Shown here: in pieces, positions 38,864 to 50,872 of the stretch
Layout: each line of letters begins with the position of its first letter
Numbering within the stretch: the first letter of the stretch is position 1
Origin: Octopus vulgaris
Taxonomy: Eukaryota
Length of the DNA stretch: 64,000 bases
Direction of reading: 5' to 3'
NCBI GenBank assembly: GCA_951406725.2
Contig: OX597815.1
Location: forward strand, 109,368,001-109,432,000
The notes under the pieces: generated by a model
The model's database searches: none
Seen by the model: the letters and a program-made list of their open reading frames with translations, nothing else
Told to the model about the DNA's origin: nothing
Program-made: the position numbers and the translations under genes

Positions 38864-39739
38864 TATACTTGTAGAAGCAGATATGCATATATATTTGTAT
38901 TATTATGATTGAAGAAGTGCGGGACTGTGTTCAGTTTTTTTTTCCCCACCTTATTAAAAAAGTCATATTACTTTGAAGAAATTATAAATGAATATTAAAA
39001 AATGTTTAAACTATGAAGTTTATTTATATATTAAAAAGAAATTATAATGCTTAATATTACAAGATTCGCTCTGTTTTAAATGTTAACTTCCGTTTGAATT
39101 CCATATGTAAACAAATAACTTTTCTTCGCGTTCGTAAAAGATGTAATAAAGCGGAAAAAATAACAACAAAACATGTGAGTAAATTATTTTTAAAATTATT
39201 ACGTAGGGCAAAAACAATAATCTCTAATAGAATTAAGTTTTCAAATTGTGTTAGATTTGTGTTTTTTCTCTTTTTTTATCTTCTTCTCTTATTCTTCTCT
39301 TCTTATGTTATTATGTATGTTTTTCATTATGTTTTCTTGTGGTTGTGTTCCCTTACCACCACATTCTTTTCTTCCCACCCTTCTTCTTTCTTTTCTCTCT
39401 CCCCTTGTGTGTTTTTCCCCGTTATATATATATATATATATGTGTGTGTTGTGTGTGTGTTGTGTTGTTTCCCCCCTCCCCCTTGTGTTTTCCCCCCCCC
39501 TTCTTCTTTCCTCTCCTTCCTCTCTCTTCTCTTCTCTTTCTCTTCTCCTCTAAATAAATAAATAAATAAATTTGTTCCATTTGTTTCGTGTTCTGTCTCT
39601 CTCTCTTTTTCTGTTTTTTTTAAAAATTTAAAAAATAGAAACACTTAAAGGAAAAAATATAAAAACAATATATAAAATATAATAAATATAATAAAAAACT
39701 TAATATTCATAAATAAATTTTTTTTTCAAAATTTTTTTT

Positions 39740-39771
<32 letters not shown>

Positions 39772-39810
39772 TAAAAAATATGTATTAATTTTTTATATTT
39801 AATTTTTTCT

Positions 39811-39852
<42 letters not shown>

Positions 39853-39854
<2 letters not shown>

Positions 39855-40140
39855 CCGTCGAAGACTGCGTATAAGCGTTCAGCTTTTGCCGAACTACATG
39901 CTCAAAGGATTTGTTTATAGTGATGAAATGTTTCTGTTGCACATTAGCTCACTCTCTCCATAAAATCGACGTCGTCTGAATAGGTGCACGGTGTACCATG
40001 CATAGGTGTCGAAGTGATCGCAGAGCAACATGAAATAAAGTGTTTTGCTCAAGAGCACAACATCCCACAAGGTCTAGGAGTTGAAGTCAAGATCTAGCGA
40101 TGTGAGTGCAATTCCCTAACCACTATGCCATGCGCTCTCA
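39853..40140 (-). mobile_element. SINE family C-related
   Basis: Minus-strand head gcgcatggcatagtggttaggg; gtgctcttgagcaaaacactttatttcatgttgctctgcgatcacttcgac; matches 14533-14802. Confidence 0.75.
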
Positions 40141-40246
40141 GAATATATATATATATATATATATATTACGAATTTATTTATACATACTTGGAAAGGTGAA
40201 TGTAAATGTGTGTGAGTTTATATACATGCATGCATACACACATACA

Positions 40247-40324
<78 letters not shown>

Positions 40325-40700
40325 AGCCGATAAGGATTTATAGCTTTTTAGGTTTTAATTATTTTTGTGGTAAAATAAGCATTTTCACGCCTAAAAATTA
40401 ATAATCACGCCTAATAATTAATAAATAAATTAAGAAATACAAATACAGTACAGTACTGCATTGTGTAACACATTAATTAAAATATATCAAAAGAGTATAC
40501 GTAGAGTACCGTAGATGAGTAAAAATAAGAATCGCACATACTGTATGGAAAAGGAAACTCGGGAGGCCAGTGTTTTGCAATTATAATAAAGTAAATATAT
40601 ACAAATTATAAAAATATACAGTATTGTTTCTACTTCGCGGATTTTCACCTATGGGGGGATGTTTTAGAATGTAACACCCGCGGTAGTGGAGGGATTACTG
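40325..40700 (-). mobile_element. Tigger/pogo-like MITE fragment
   Basis: ttctacttcgcggattttcacct...gagggattactg|ta is complementary to the left part of the MITE at 23131. Confidence 0.7.
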
Positions 40701-41844
40701 TATATATGGATATATACATATATGTATGTACGTATGCATCAGGTATGTATATATGTATGCATGCACACACACACACGCACACACACACGCACACACACAC
40801 ACACATACACACACACGCATACGTATATATAAGAGACAGTATATCAGGAAAACTAACGGATACTAAATACGAAATAAAATTTTTAATGTTTAAAATAATT
40901 TTCGTTTTACTGTAGAATATTTTTGATGTTAACATTCCTCCTTACCCGGAAAGCGAGTAAAATCACGACTGTAGAATTTCTGAGGATGGTAAGCCAAAAG
41001 GGAGATAATTACTTCCTGGAAAAGGAAAATGGAGCCACTTTAAAACGCTGTGTTACATAAGCATGAATTCACACCTCATACGTTCTGATTACTTTCTGAG
41101 GTATTAAATAATTTAAATGGGTGTTCATGAAAATTGGAGAATGATAACTAGCAAAACCTTTACTTATTTGTAAATGTATACTTATATATAGATTCATGTA
41201 AACACGCATTTACATAAGGAGACATACACATACGAGCGAACAGATGCATAATAAGAGAAAGAGTAAATGCGAGAGGAAAGAGAGAGCGCAAGAAAGAGTA
41301 CAGAACATGTATGCTAGTGTGAATTAATGAGTGTGTGTACGTATGTGTGAACCTGTGTGCGTACGTATGCGTTTGTGTGATGGGGCTAGCTATATAATTA
41401 AATCAATACTATGGTTTTATAATGGTATCCGAGTGAATACTAGCGATCATCATTGGGAGGTAAATAGAGGTAGTGATTGGAATGGAAAATAAATAATAAA
41501 TACCTGTGTGAAGCCATGCTACGAGTTTTAATATATAGTTACCTACTTAAATCATAGTAGAAAACGCAGCGTTTTTGGATAAATTGAAATGTAAGGTATA
41601 CCTTTTTTTTAATAAACATACAATTTTAGCATCGCTGTGTGAAGTAAACTAAGAGGTTACGTCATGGTGTTTGTCTCTCCGTAGACAGAAAATGTGAGAT
41701 CGATTTGACCTTCGTGAGAGAAAGTCTAGCTATCTTCCGTCCATGAATAGATGACCACCTTGTAGACATTTTTAGCATTTACGGAGAACTCAGCTCGTCT
41801 GGTCTAAGTGATTTGCCTAAACGTATATTCGATGATACTCTCTT

Positions 41845-42054
41845 TACTTTTTTACCCTTTAACTTGATTCAGTCATTTGACTGCGGCCATGCCGGAGCAC
41901 CGCCTTTAGTCTAGCAAATCGCCCCAAGGACTTATTCTTTGTAAGCCTAGTACTTAATCTATCGGTCTCTTTTGCCGAACCGCTAAGTTGTCAAGCGATG
42001 GTGGGGAGACAAACACAGACGCACAAACGTATATATACATACACACCTACATAC

Positions 42055-42101
<47 letters not shown>

Positions 42102-42275
42102 CATACACGACGGGCTTCTTTCAGTTTCCGTCTACCAAATCCACTCACAAGGCTTTGGTCGGCCCGAAGCTATAGTAGAAGACACTTGCCCAAGGTTCCA
42201 TGTAGTGGGATTGAACTCGAACCATGTGGTTCGTAATCGGAACCATGTGGTTCGTAAGCAACCTACTTACCATAA
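41845..42275 (-). mobile_element. SINE family A
   Basis: Homology to other family A copies; local duplication of gaaccatgtggttcgtaa. Confidence 0.9.
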
Positions 42276-42577
42276 AGTATATTAATTAACATGGATGCAC
42301 TGCATTGCGTTTTACAGTATGCATTTTAAAATGCACATAATATATTAGAGTTGTTTTTATACTCCGGGTTCTGATATACCTACATGGACATATAAACACA
42401 CACACAGATGCATATAGAGAGATATTAAATATGCATATCATCTAGAGCAAAGGCACACTGAATAAACTAGCTGAGGGAGATATCTTCCCGGGGTTAAAAC
42501 AGTAGTATCGTCATCTTTTAGGAAACACCCACGTTAAAATGGCGATAAACGCGCGTGCACGCGCACGCACTCACACA

Positions 42578-42765
42578 CCATCGCTTGACAATCAATGTTG
42601 GTGTGTTTATGTCTCCGTAACTTATGGTTCGGCAAAAGAGGCCTACAGAATAAGTACTACGCTTACAAGGAAAAAGAATGAGTCCTAGGGTCGATTTGTT
42701 CGACTAAAGGCGGTGTTCCAGCATGGCTGCAGTCAAACGACTGAAGCAAATAAAAGAATAAAAAA

Positions 42766-42829
<64 letters not shown>

Positions 42830-42977
42830 CTTTCAGTTTTTGTCTACCAAATCTCGCAAGGCTATGGTTGACCCAAGGCTGCAGTAGAAAACACTTGCCC
42901 ATGGATCCACACAGTGAGTCTGATCTCGGAACCATGTGGTTGGGAAGCAATCTTCTTACTACACAGCTACATCTGCG
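42578..42977. mobile_element. SINE family A tail (+) and head (-) modules in discordant orientation around (CA)n
   Basis: 42578-42762 is the tail on +; 42826-42977 is the head on -. Confidence 0.8.
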
Positions 42978-43010
42978 ATTATACATACATACGTACATAC
43001 ATTCATACAT

Positions 43011-43700
43011 AATGTAGGCACAAGAGATCTGCTGTAATGATTTGGGATAGAGAACTGGAACTGTACACATTTGTGGAAATTAGCGGCCCAGCGGATGTTA
43101 ACATAAAGCTGAAGATCAGTGAAAAAGAGAACGACACGTATGCTGAACTATTGAGAATTCTGCAGTTACTCTATCCAGATTACAGGTTCAGGTTTATACC
43201 AGTAATTACTGTAGCCCTGGGATATGTAACACATTGCCTAAATACCAATCTTGAGAAATTAGGCTTCTCAAAACCTTAAAGGAGAAAGCTAATTCGAAGA
43301 CTTACAGATCCAGTCCATCACTGATACTGTAAAAATCTGTAAAACTTACCAGAATTTTAACATTTAAATATATATATGAGCATGTCTAGATATGCCACTA
43401 TATGCATGTGAATATATACACAAAACACATACCAATCTGAACATACATACATACATACATACATACATACATACATACATACATACGTACATACGTACAT
43501 ACGTACGTACATACATACATACATACATACATACATACATACATACATACATACATACATACATACATACATACATACATACATACAAAGAATACCTTTT
43601 TTATTTATGTTGAAATTCCAATGAAGGAGCCTTTGATCTAGGTTAGAAACCGGTTCTTTTTCTATTGGCAAGAAATCTTGAAATAGAACTAAATAATGAC
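43011..43700 (+). mobile_element. R4-clade element 3' fragment in (CATA)n
   Basis: ORF 43037-43279 IWDRE..TFVEISGPADVNIKLKISEKE...FIPVITVALGY; 3' UTR with an expanded internal CATA tract; ends aataatga|catacatac. Confidence 0.9.
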
Positions 43701-43707
43701 ATACATA

Positions 43708-44010
43708 CAGACTATGAATTCATATTCATGTTCATATCAATAATAATTGGATCACTCAGTTTTGTTAGTAAATGCTCAAAGGAGATTTTGGATAAACTGG
43801 AATTTTCAAAAGGAGAAATTGACCGGCTGATTCGTATATTACAAGTACAATCTGTGAGTGGAACAGTAAAAATATGCAAAACTTTTCTCAAGTTTCAAAT
43901 GTGAATTTGTGTTAACTACATCCCAAAGATGGAGCCTTGTATCTTTGTTGGAAACTGGCACCCTCCTCTGTGGAAGATATATAATAATTAAAAAAGGAAG
44001 AGATATATAC
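43708..44010 (+). mobile_element. Second R4-clade family 3' end, stacked in tandem
   Basis: DYEFIFMFISIIIGSLSFV...LIRILQVQSVSGTVKICKTFLKF* is a divergent paralogue of the preceding C-terminus. Confidence 0.8.
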
Positions 44011-44380
44011 ATAACTATCCATCTATCCATCCATCCATACATAGAAGATACATGCATGCATGCATACATACATACTATACATACATACATACATACATAC
44101 ATACATACATACATACATACATACATACATGCATACATACATACATACATACATACATACATAAAATTGGACTGAACAAGAAGGTGTACGGTTGGACATT
44201 TATATTTTAATTTCTACATTTGTTGGCTCCAATTTTTTCAGTTATCTATTCACACACGACAGAAACCCAAACGCAAACTTGGAAGTACATATAATACTAC
44301 TACTGGATAACACAGGGGGAAATCTAAAGGTGGATGAGCTTTATACTGTACTCTACTACGTTCTTAATAGACTATACCAT

Positions 44381-44459
<79 letters not shown>

Positions 44460-44614
44460 AAAGACGCCAACCTGAAGAAGTTCTGTTAAATATGACCGCA
44501 CCAATTTCTCTGTTAGATGGAGGAAGGGTTGTCATGAACCCTGTCTTTCCAGGATTGGTTAACTTTGATTGGTAAATCTTTAACGTTTTATTCATATATA
44601 TATATATATATATA

Positions 44615-44785
44615 TAAATGTTTTTCTCCTTGTTTGTGTTCTGTCTACCTTTCTGTCGAAGAGCGTAGGCTCGAAACGTCAAAGACTTGTTTTATTTCTA
44701 TTCCTGAGCGCCATACTAATACAATTGTTTGTTTGTACTCCACCTGCCTTCGTTTTTTGTTTATTTTCGTAAAGCTTCCCGTTAT
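44615..44785 (+). mobile_element. Penelope-like terminal-repeat relic between (TA)n tracts
   Basis: Reverse-complement homologue of 7796-7950. Confidence 0.7.
44649..44684 (+). ncRNA. Minimal hammerhead-like motif with GUC triplet, variant core CUGUCGA
   Basis: CTTT-CTGTCGA-A-GAGC-gtag-GCTC-GAAA-C-GTC-AAAG. Confidence 0.62.
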
Positions 44786-44822
44786 ATAGATATACATATA
44801 TATATATATATATATATATTTA

Positions 44823-44860
<38 letters not shown>

Positions 44861-45759
44861 TTATTTATTTATTTATATTACATATAAGAAAATGGAGGAA
44901 CAAATTCATTTCGATCATCAACTTACGGATATTACAATTTCATCCCATTGTGGGTTACCCTCATAACCCCTATCTTACTTTGTACTATATATATTTATAT
45001 ATACTTTTCGCTTCCTTTCAGGTCTTTCAATTAAACAACGGCCATAACTAGTGGTATTAATAAACTGTCAATCATCAACGCCACCAACACCACTACCACT
45101 GCAACCGTCACTACCGCCACTACCACCACTGCCTCCACTCTATCATTTCAGCGCTACGACCGACGCAAGTGCACTTCCAAATACCAACTACAACTTATTT
45201 ACACCAAACCGACTCTAACACCAAACCAATTCACTACAACCAACACTAACACCACCAACTCACCACTTACCGAAACTTTAAAACCACTATATACAGCTAC
45301 TCCACTACTATACCTCTGTATATACACCATCACCACCACTGCTACATCTACTACATACATACATACTACATACACATACACTAACCACATACTACCTACA
45401 ACATACAAAAAAACATACATACAACATACATACAAATACACACCAATACATACAGACAAAGAAAAATCTTTTATTTTTTGAAATTAATGAAGGAGCCTTT
45501 GATCAGGTTAACAACCGGTTCTTTTCTTAAAATCTTGAAATAGAAACTAAATAAATGCCATACATTGCAATGTGTATTCTCTGAATTGTGTTTTTATTAC
45601 AATTTTGTTTTGTTTTCGTCATTCATGGCATTTGAGGTCAATAGTAAAACTATTCTAGATCCCTAAATTTGAGGATCTGAGCCCATTTCAAAATTCAGTT
45701 GTTCAAGTGAGCACGACTGAGTGGTAGAGTCAGCTTAACGGCGATCCTTTGTCGTGCTC

Positions 45760-45990
45760 AGTCTTCCCAAACGGAAGATATTGAAGTCACGTCCGTTTAT
45801 ATTATTAATCCCCTCTGTCCCAAACAACAATATCTGGCCCGTTATATTTACATTTAACAGGAAGTTTTGATAGGAATATACTATCAGTATTCCTTGAGTT
45901 GGTGTTTATGAATGTATTCCACAAAAGATACATACTACATACAGGACAGTCATACAACAACATCATCATATATAAAATTACCTGACAAGA
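45760..45990 (-). mobile_element. R4-clade RLE fragment (poor-quality sequence)
   Basis: LPVKCKYNGPDIVVWDR motif. Confidence 0.6.
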
Positions 45991-46193
45991 CATTTAGGTT
46001 GGACATTTATTTTTAATTTCTACATTTGATTGCTCCAATTTTTCAGTTGTATTCCACACAAGAAGAAACGACTTAAGTACTATAATCTACTTTTTCAGCA
46101 AAATCTGGATAGCTTTATCCGCACATACGTTCTAATGCTTCATAACTTTTGGGTGGTGTGGTTTTGTGTGTTTTGTTGTGTTTTTTTTTTTTT

Positions 46194-46727
46194 TGATATC
46201 TATAGAATGGATTTACTCTACAAACCAATTAAGTGTCCCAAATGTTGGGATCAGCACTAGCACTGCAAAAGCATTGTGGGATATTGTTTTGTTGTAAGAG
46301 GAGAGTTCCGATGCCATATTTTCCTAAGTCTAGTGTAATATTCTCAGGTTCACTCTATCTTTATGTATGTATGTATGTATGTATGTATGTATGTATGTAT
46401 GTATGTATGTATGTATGTATGTATGTATGTATGTATGTATGCATGTATGTATGCATGCATGTATGTATGCATGTATGTATGTATGCATGTATGTATGTAT
46501 GTATGTATGCATGTATGCATGCATGTATGTATATATGTATGTATATATGTATGCATGTATGTATGTATGTATGTTTGTATGCATGCATGTATGTATGTAT
46601 GTATGTATGTATGTATGTATGTATGTATGTATGTATGTATGTATGTATGTATGTATGTATGTATGTATGTATGTATGAGGTAGAGCCGATAGTGAGTCGG
46701 AGAAAATGTCATGCACCATAAATTCTG
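46194..46727 (+). repeat. Near-identical duplicate of 47824-48368 (R4 fragment plus (TATG)n)
   Basis: Same unique flanks and same pattern of microsatellite interruptions. Confidence 0.9.
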
Positions 46728-47399
46728 AACCACCAACACATTCCAATTGTGCTCTATTTACAAACACCAACAACACCAGAAATTATCAATAAAAAAAGAA
46801 TTATATTGAAATTACCACCACTACCACTATTTCACTACTATATTTGAACAACCTCCACTATGTGATCTACCGCCGTCAAATAACATCACTTACAATATCT
46901 ACACTACCTTTAAAATATTACACAAGGTAAAATTTACATCACAAAAAATGTCAGTAAACCAGCAATAATGTCTTTCTAAGACAACAGCCACCATTCTTAA
47001 ATGGCCCGACACATTTAATTGGACAGAAGTAGAGGAAGTACCTTCTCGAGTCATATTGATTCGAGTAACAACATGATGTATGTATTCCCCATCTGGGACG
47101 CCGGTCTGGCGGCAGATTACTCATTTTGTCAACTGAGTGGACTGGAGCAACGTGGAATAAAGTGGAAAGAGGACTAGAAAAGCCCTCTTGTGACGTCAGT
47201 GTGGCCATTTTGTTTTCGTCATTCATGGCATTTGAGGTCAATAGTAAAACTATTCTAGATCCCTAAATTTGAGGATCTGAGCCCATTTCAAAATTCAGTT
47301 GTTCAATTCAAGTGAGCACGACTGAGTGGTAGAGTCAGCTTAACGGCGAACCTTTGTCGTGCTCTCTTTAAACATTGAAGTCATTTTATAAAATTGTAA

Positions 47400-47990
47400 A
47401 CAACAATATCTTATATTTTTTAACAAGTTTTGTAGGAAATATATCATATTCCTTTTGTAATAAGTAAAAAAGAAATTTTCAAGTTTATGTAACAAGGGCA
47501 AAACATCAATGTACCCTGAGAATGGCAATGCTTTTCTTGTGTATGCTGTGCTTTATAGGTTTTCTTTAAAATTTATAAATTAAGAGAGTGTTTTGAAACT
47601 CAGCCAACTCGTACAATGTTGCTCACTTCACTTTCAGCACTGCATTTATATTTCTCGTTTTGCTGCTGTTGTTTAGCAGGTGCTGTCTGAGTAATACCAT
47701 ACGACATCCGAAGGTCACCTGCAGTGATCTCAGGCTTCTACCGCCTTCATTTCTTCTTGGGTAGAACCTGTCAGCATCAATGTTTCTGTGAAAGTTCCCA
47801 GTTGTCGTCAGGATTTTTCAGTTTTGATATCTATAGAATGGATTTACTCTACAAACCAATTAAGTGTCCCAAATGTTGGGATCAGCACTAGCACTGCAAA
47901 AGCATTGTGGGATATTGTTTTGTTGTAAGAGGAGAGTTCCAGATGCCATATTTCCTAAGTCTAGTGTAATATTCTCGGGTTACTCTATCT
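47400..47990 (-). mobile_element. R4-clade RT C-terminal fragment next to (TATG)n
   Basis: REYYTRLRK..ELSSYNKTISHNAFAVLVLIPTFG, GNFHRNIDADRFYPRRNEGGRSL. Confidence 0.85.
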
Positions 47991-48367
47991 TTATGTATGT
48001 ATGTATGTATGTATGTATGTATGTATGTATGTATGTATGTATGTATGTATGTATGTATGTATGTATGTATTATGCATGTATGTATGCATGCATGTATGTA
48101 TGCATGTATGTATGTATGCATGTATGTATGTATGTATGCATGCATGTATGCATGCATGTATGCATGCATGTATATATGTATGTATATATGTATGCATGTA
48201 TGTATGTATGTATGTTTGTATGCATGCATGTATGTATGTATGTATGTATGTATGTATGTATGTATGTATGTATGTATGTATGTATGTATGTATGTATGTA
48301 TGTATGTATGTATGTATGAGGTAGAGCCGATAGTGAGTCGGAGAAAATGTCATGCACCATAAATTCT

Positions 48368-48460
48368 GGCTCCTTGCGCTCTGAGTTTAAAACCCATGGT
48401 AGTCAACATTGCCTTTCATCCCTTTGGAGTCAGTAAAAAATAAAGTATCATTTCAGGGTA
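48368..48460 (+). mobile_element. SINE family B fragment
   Basis: ctgagtttaaa...ttgcctttcatcctttggagtcagtaaa. Confidence 0.55.
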
Positions 48461-49054
48461 GTGATTTGACGGAATTGTTAGATTGTCAGATGATTTGCCC
48501 CGCTGTCACTTATCCGGCTCTTTGTATTCTGAAGTCAACGTGTAACTTCATGGTTGTCAAATTTTATCGGTCTTGCCTTTTACAAAGGTTTCTAGGTGAA
48601 GTTACATAATGGTGAATCCTGATTGAGAGGACCTTGCATATTTGTATGTGTGCGTATTTCATATTGTACACACACACACACACACACAAACACACATATA
48701 TATATAGAAAGAGAGAGAAAGATGAGAGAAGAGAGAGGAGGAGCAACAGAGAGTGAGAAGGAGATTGTAGAACATTCTCTACTCCACATATGCATCATCT
48801 TTTATTATCTTCTATACGATATTGAATCTACTTATGTTATGATGTACACCACCTTAGTAATATGATCCTTTGGTACAATACTGATGCCTGTCAAGAGGGG
48901 GAAAGGTAATTTACACAATTGTAAAATGTGAGCATCAGATCAAATGACTGCGTTACAGTAAAGATGCAATGTCATATCTAAGGCCTAAGACAGACATCGT
49001 CCATTCTTAAATGGCCCGACACATTTAATTGGAAGCAGAGGTAGAGGTAATGTA

Positions 49055-49293
49055 ATCTTCTCGGGTCATATTGATTCGAGAAGGTAACCCGGTTTCATGA
49101 TGTATGTATTCCCCATCTGGAAGGGACGCCGGTCTGTCGCAGGATTACTCATTTTTGTCAACTGAGTGGACTGGAGCAACGTGGAATAAAGTGTTTTGCT
49201 CAAGAAAATGACGTGTCGCCCGGTTCAGGAAAGGAAACCACCATCTTACGATCATGAATCCAAAGTCCTAACCACTAAGCCACGCGCCTCCAC
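49055..49293 (-). mobile_element. SINE family C (tRNA head plus V-domain-like segment)
   Basis: Minus strand ggaggcgcgtggcttagtggttagg...cctgcgacagaccggcgtcccttccagatgggga; degraded duplicate at ~46990-47165. Confidence 0.8.
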
Positions 49294-49314
49294 AAAGCAG
49301 ATGTATGTACAAGT

Positions 49315-50600
49315 GGTGGTACTCCTGTTGTACTCTTTCGCCCCAACTTTCTCTCACTCTTTCTTCCTGTTTCTTGAGTAACGCTGCGATGGACTGGCCT
49401 CCGCAGTCATCTGGGGCCATACGCCATTGAAAGGGCAAACCAAAAATGAATTTTTAAGCTAGGCTGATGAAAAGTAAAAAAAAGATATATGCTTTAATAT
49501 TTCATGTTAACGACTGATCATTCATTCATATTGTAAAGACATGATATGCAAAATCTATTATTATCTATGTATATCTATATTCTATAATCTATCTATCTAT
49601 CTATCTTTCTATCTATCTATCTTACTTATATAAGCTATACTCATTTATGCACATGCTTACGTACATACGCGCACACACACTCACATACGTAACTATATAT
49701 ATTTCTATTCGCAGTATTTGATATTTAACCTAATTAGTCAGTTGCCTAAATTTCTGTGTCAAAGGTAAGTACCAACACCTAATGATTGCTATCGACTTCA
49801 GTCAGTAGCATAAATTAGTTTGATATTCTGTCTCTTTCTAAAAAGCGTTACAGGAGTCAGTCGAATGGATTCGACCGACAAGTGTGCTGTTCCTGACCTA
49901 CGTATTTAGTTCGCCAGTAGTTTACAAATTAGCACGTGTGGTCATATAACATATCGATTCAGCTTTCACCTTAATTGCTTCATTACATATAATTGGGAAT
50001 TATATTTTAGGCGAAACAAAAATATAACACATATATAATGATTAACATTCAACGCCGATGTGTCTGTCCACTGACCACGATATTTCTCCTGTTTGGGGCG
50101 GTGGATTGGGTAACTTTCATCAATGACGGACAAAATCACTTTTGATAGTTGATTACATTTGTTTATGCACCAAGCTGAGATCCTACCAACGACAAATTTG
50201 CGTTTTATCCTTCTGTGGTGCATAAAATACAAATCGAGTTGTCCCTCCCCATATTACAAATTCTTGCACGCACCTTACTAATTAGCAATAATTATATTTA
50301 TCTTGCATATAGGACACAGTCGACTCGTGATTTTCATTCACTATCTGGCACAATGCCTATGAGAGTAGCAGAGAGATTACAAGTCGGTATGTAATATACA
50401 TCTGCGTATATTTTCACATAACGGCTCTGGAGGTAATGGTAACGCCCATGATCATCGCAAGCCCTCCAAGACAGTTGAGATTTAAGCCATTAAACTTCAC
50501 TTTGTACCGTTGCAAGTCGACACTTGCAGAAAAGACTTGAGCTGACGTTCAGGAAGATCTGGACGGGGCGAAACCGGTGCTATAACTTTCGTTTCCATAT

Positions 50601-50666
<66 letters not shown>

Positions 50667-50820
50667 AAGTTTATTTATTGTATAGTCAGTAGTCAGAAGT
50701 ACTCAGATAAAAGACCCGAGGCCCGAAGGTATAAAAAAATGTTAAGGAGAATTTCAGATAGGTTCAACAATCTAATTATACATATATTCTGTAATAGGTC
50801 AATGCATATCAGTCTGTAGA

Positions 50821-50872
<52 letters not shown>

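Noticed and set aside
49966-50232. 88-aa ORF present twice, suggesting a conserved gene
   Set aside because: The identity is explained by the 1-kb duplication; no known motif.
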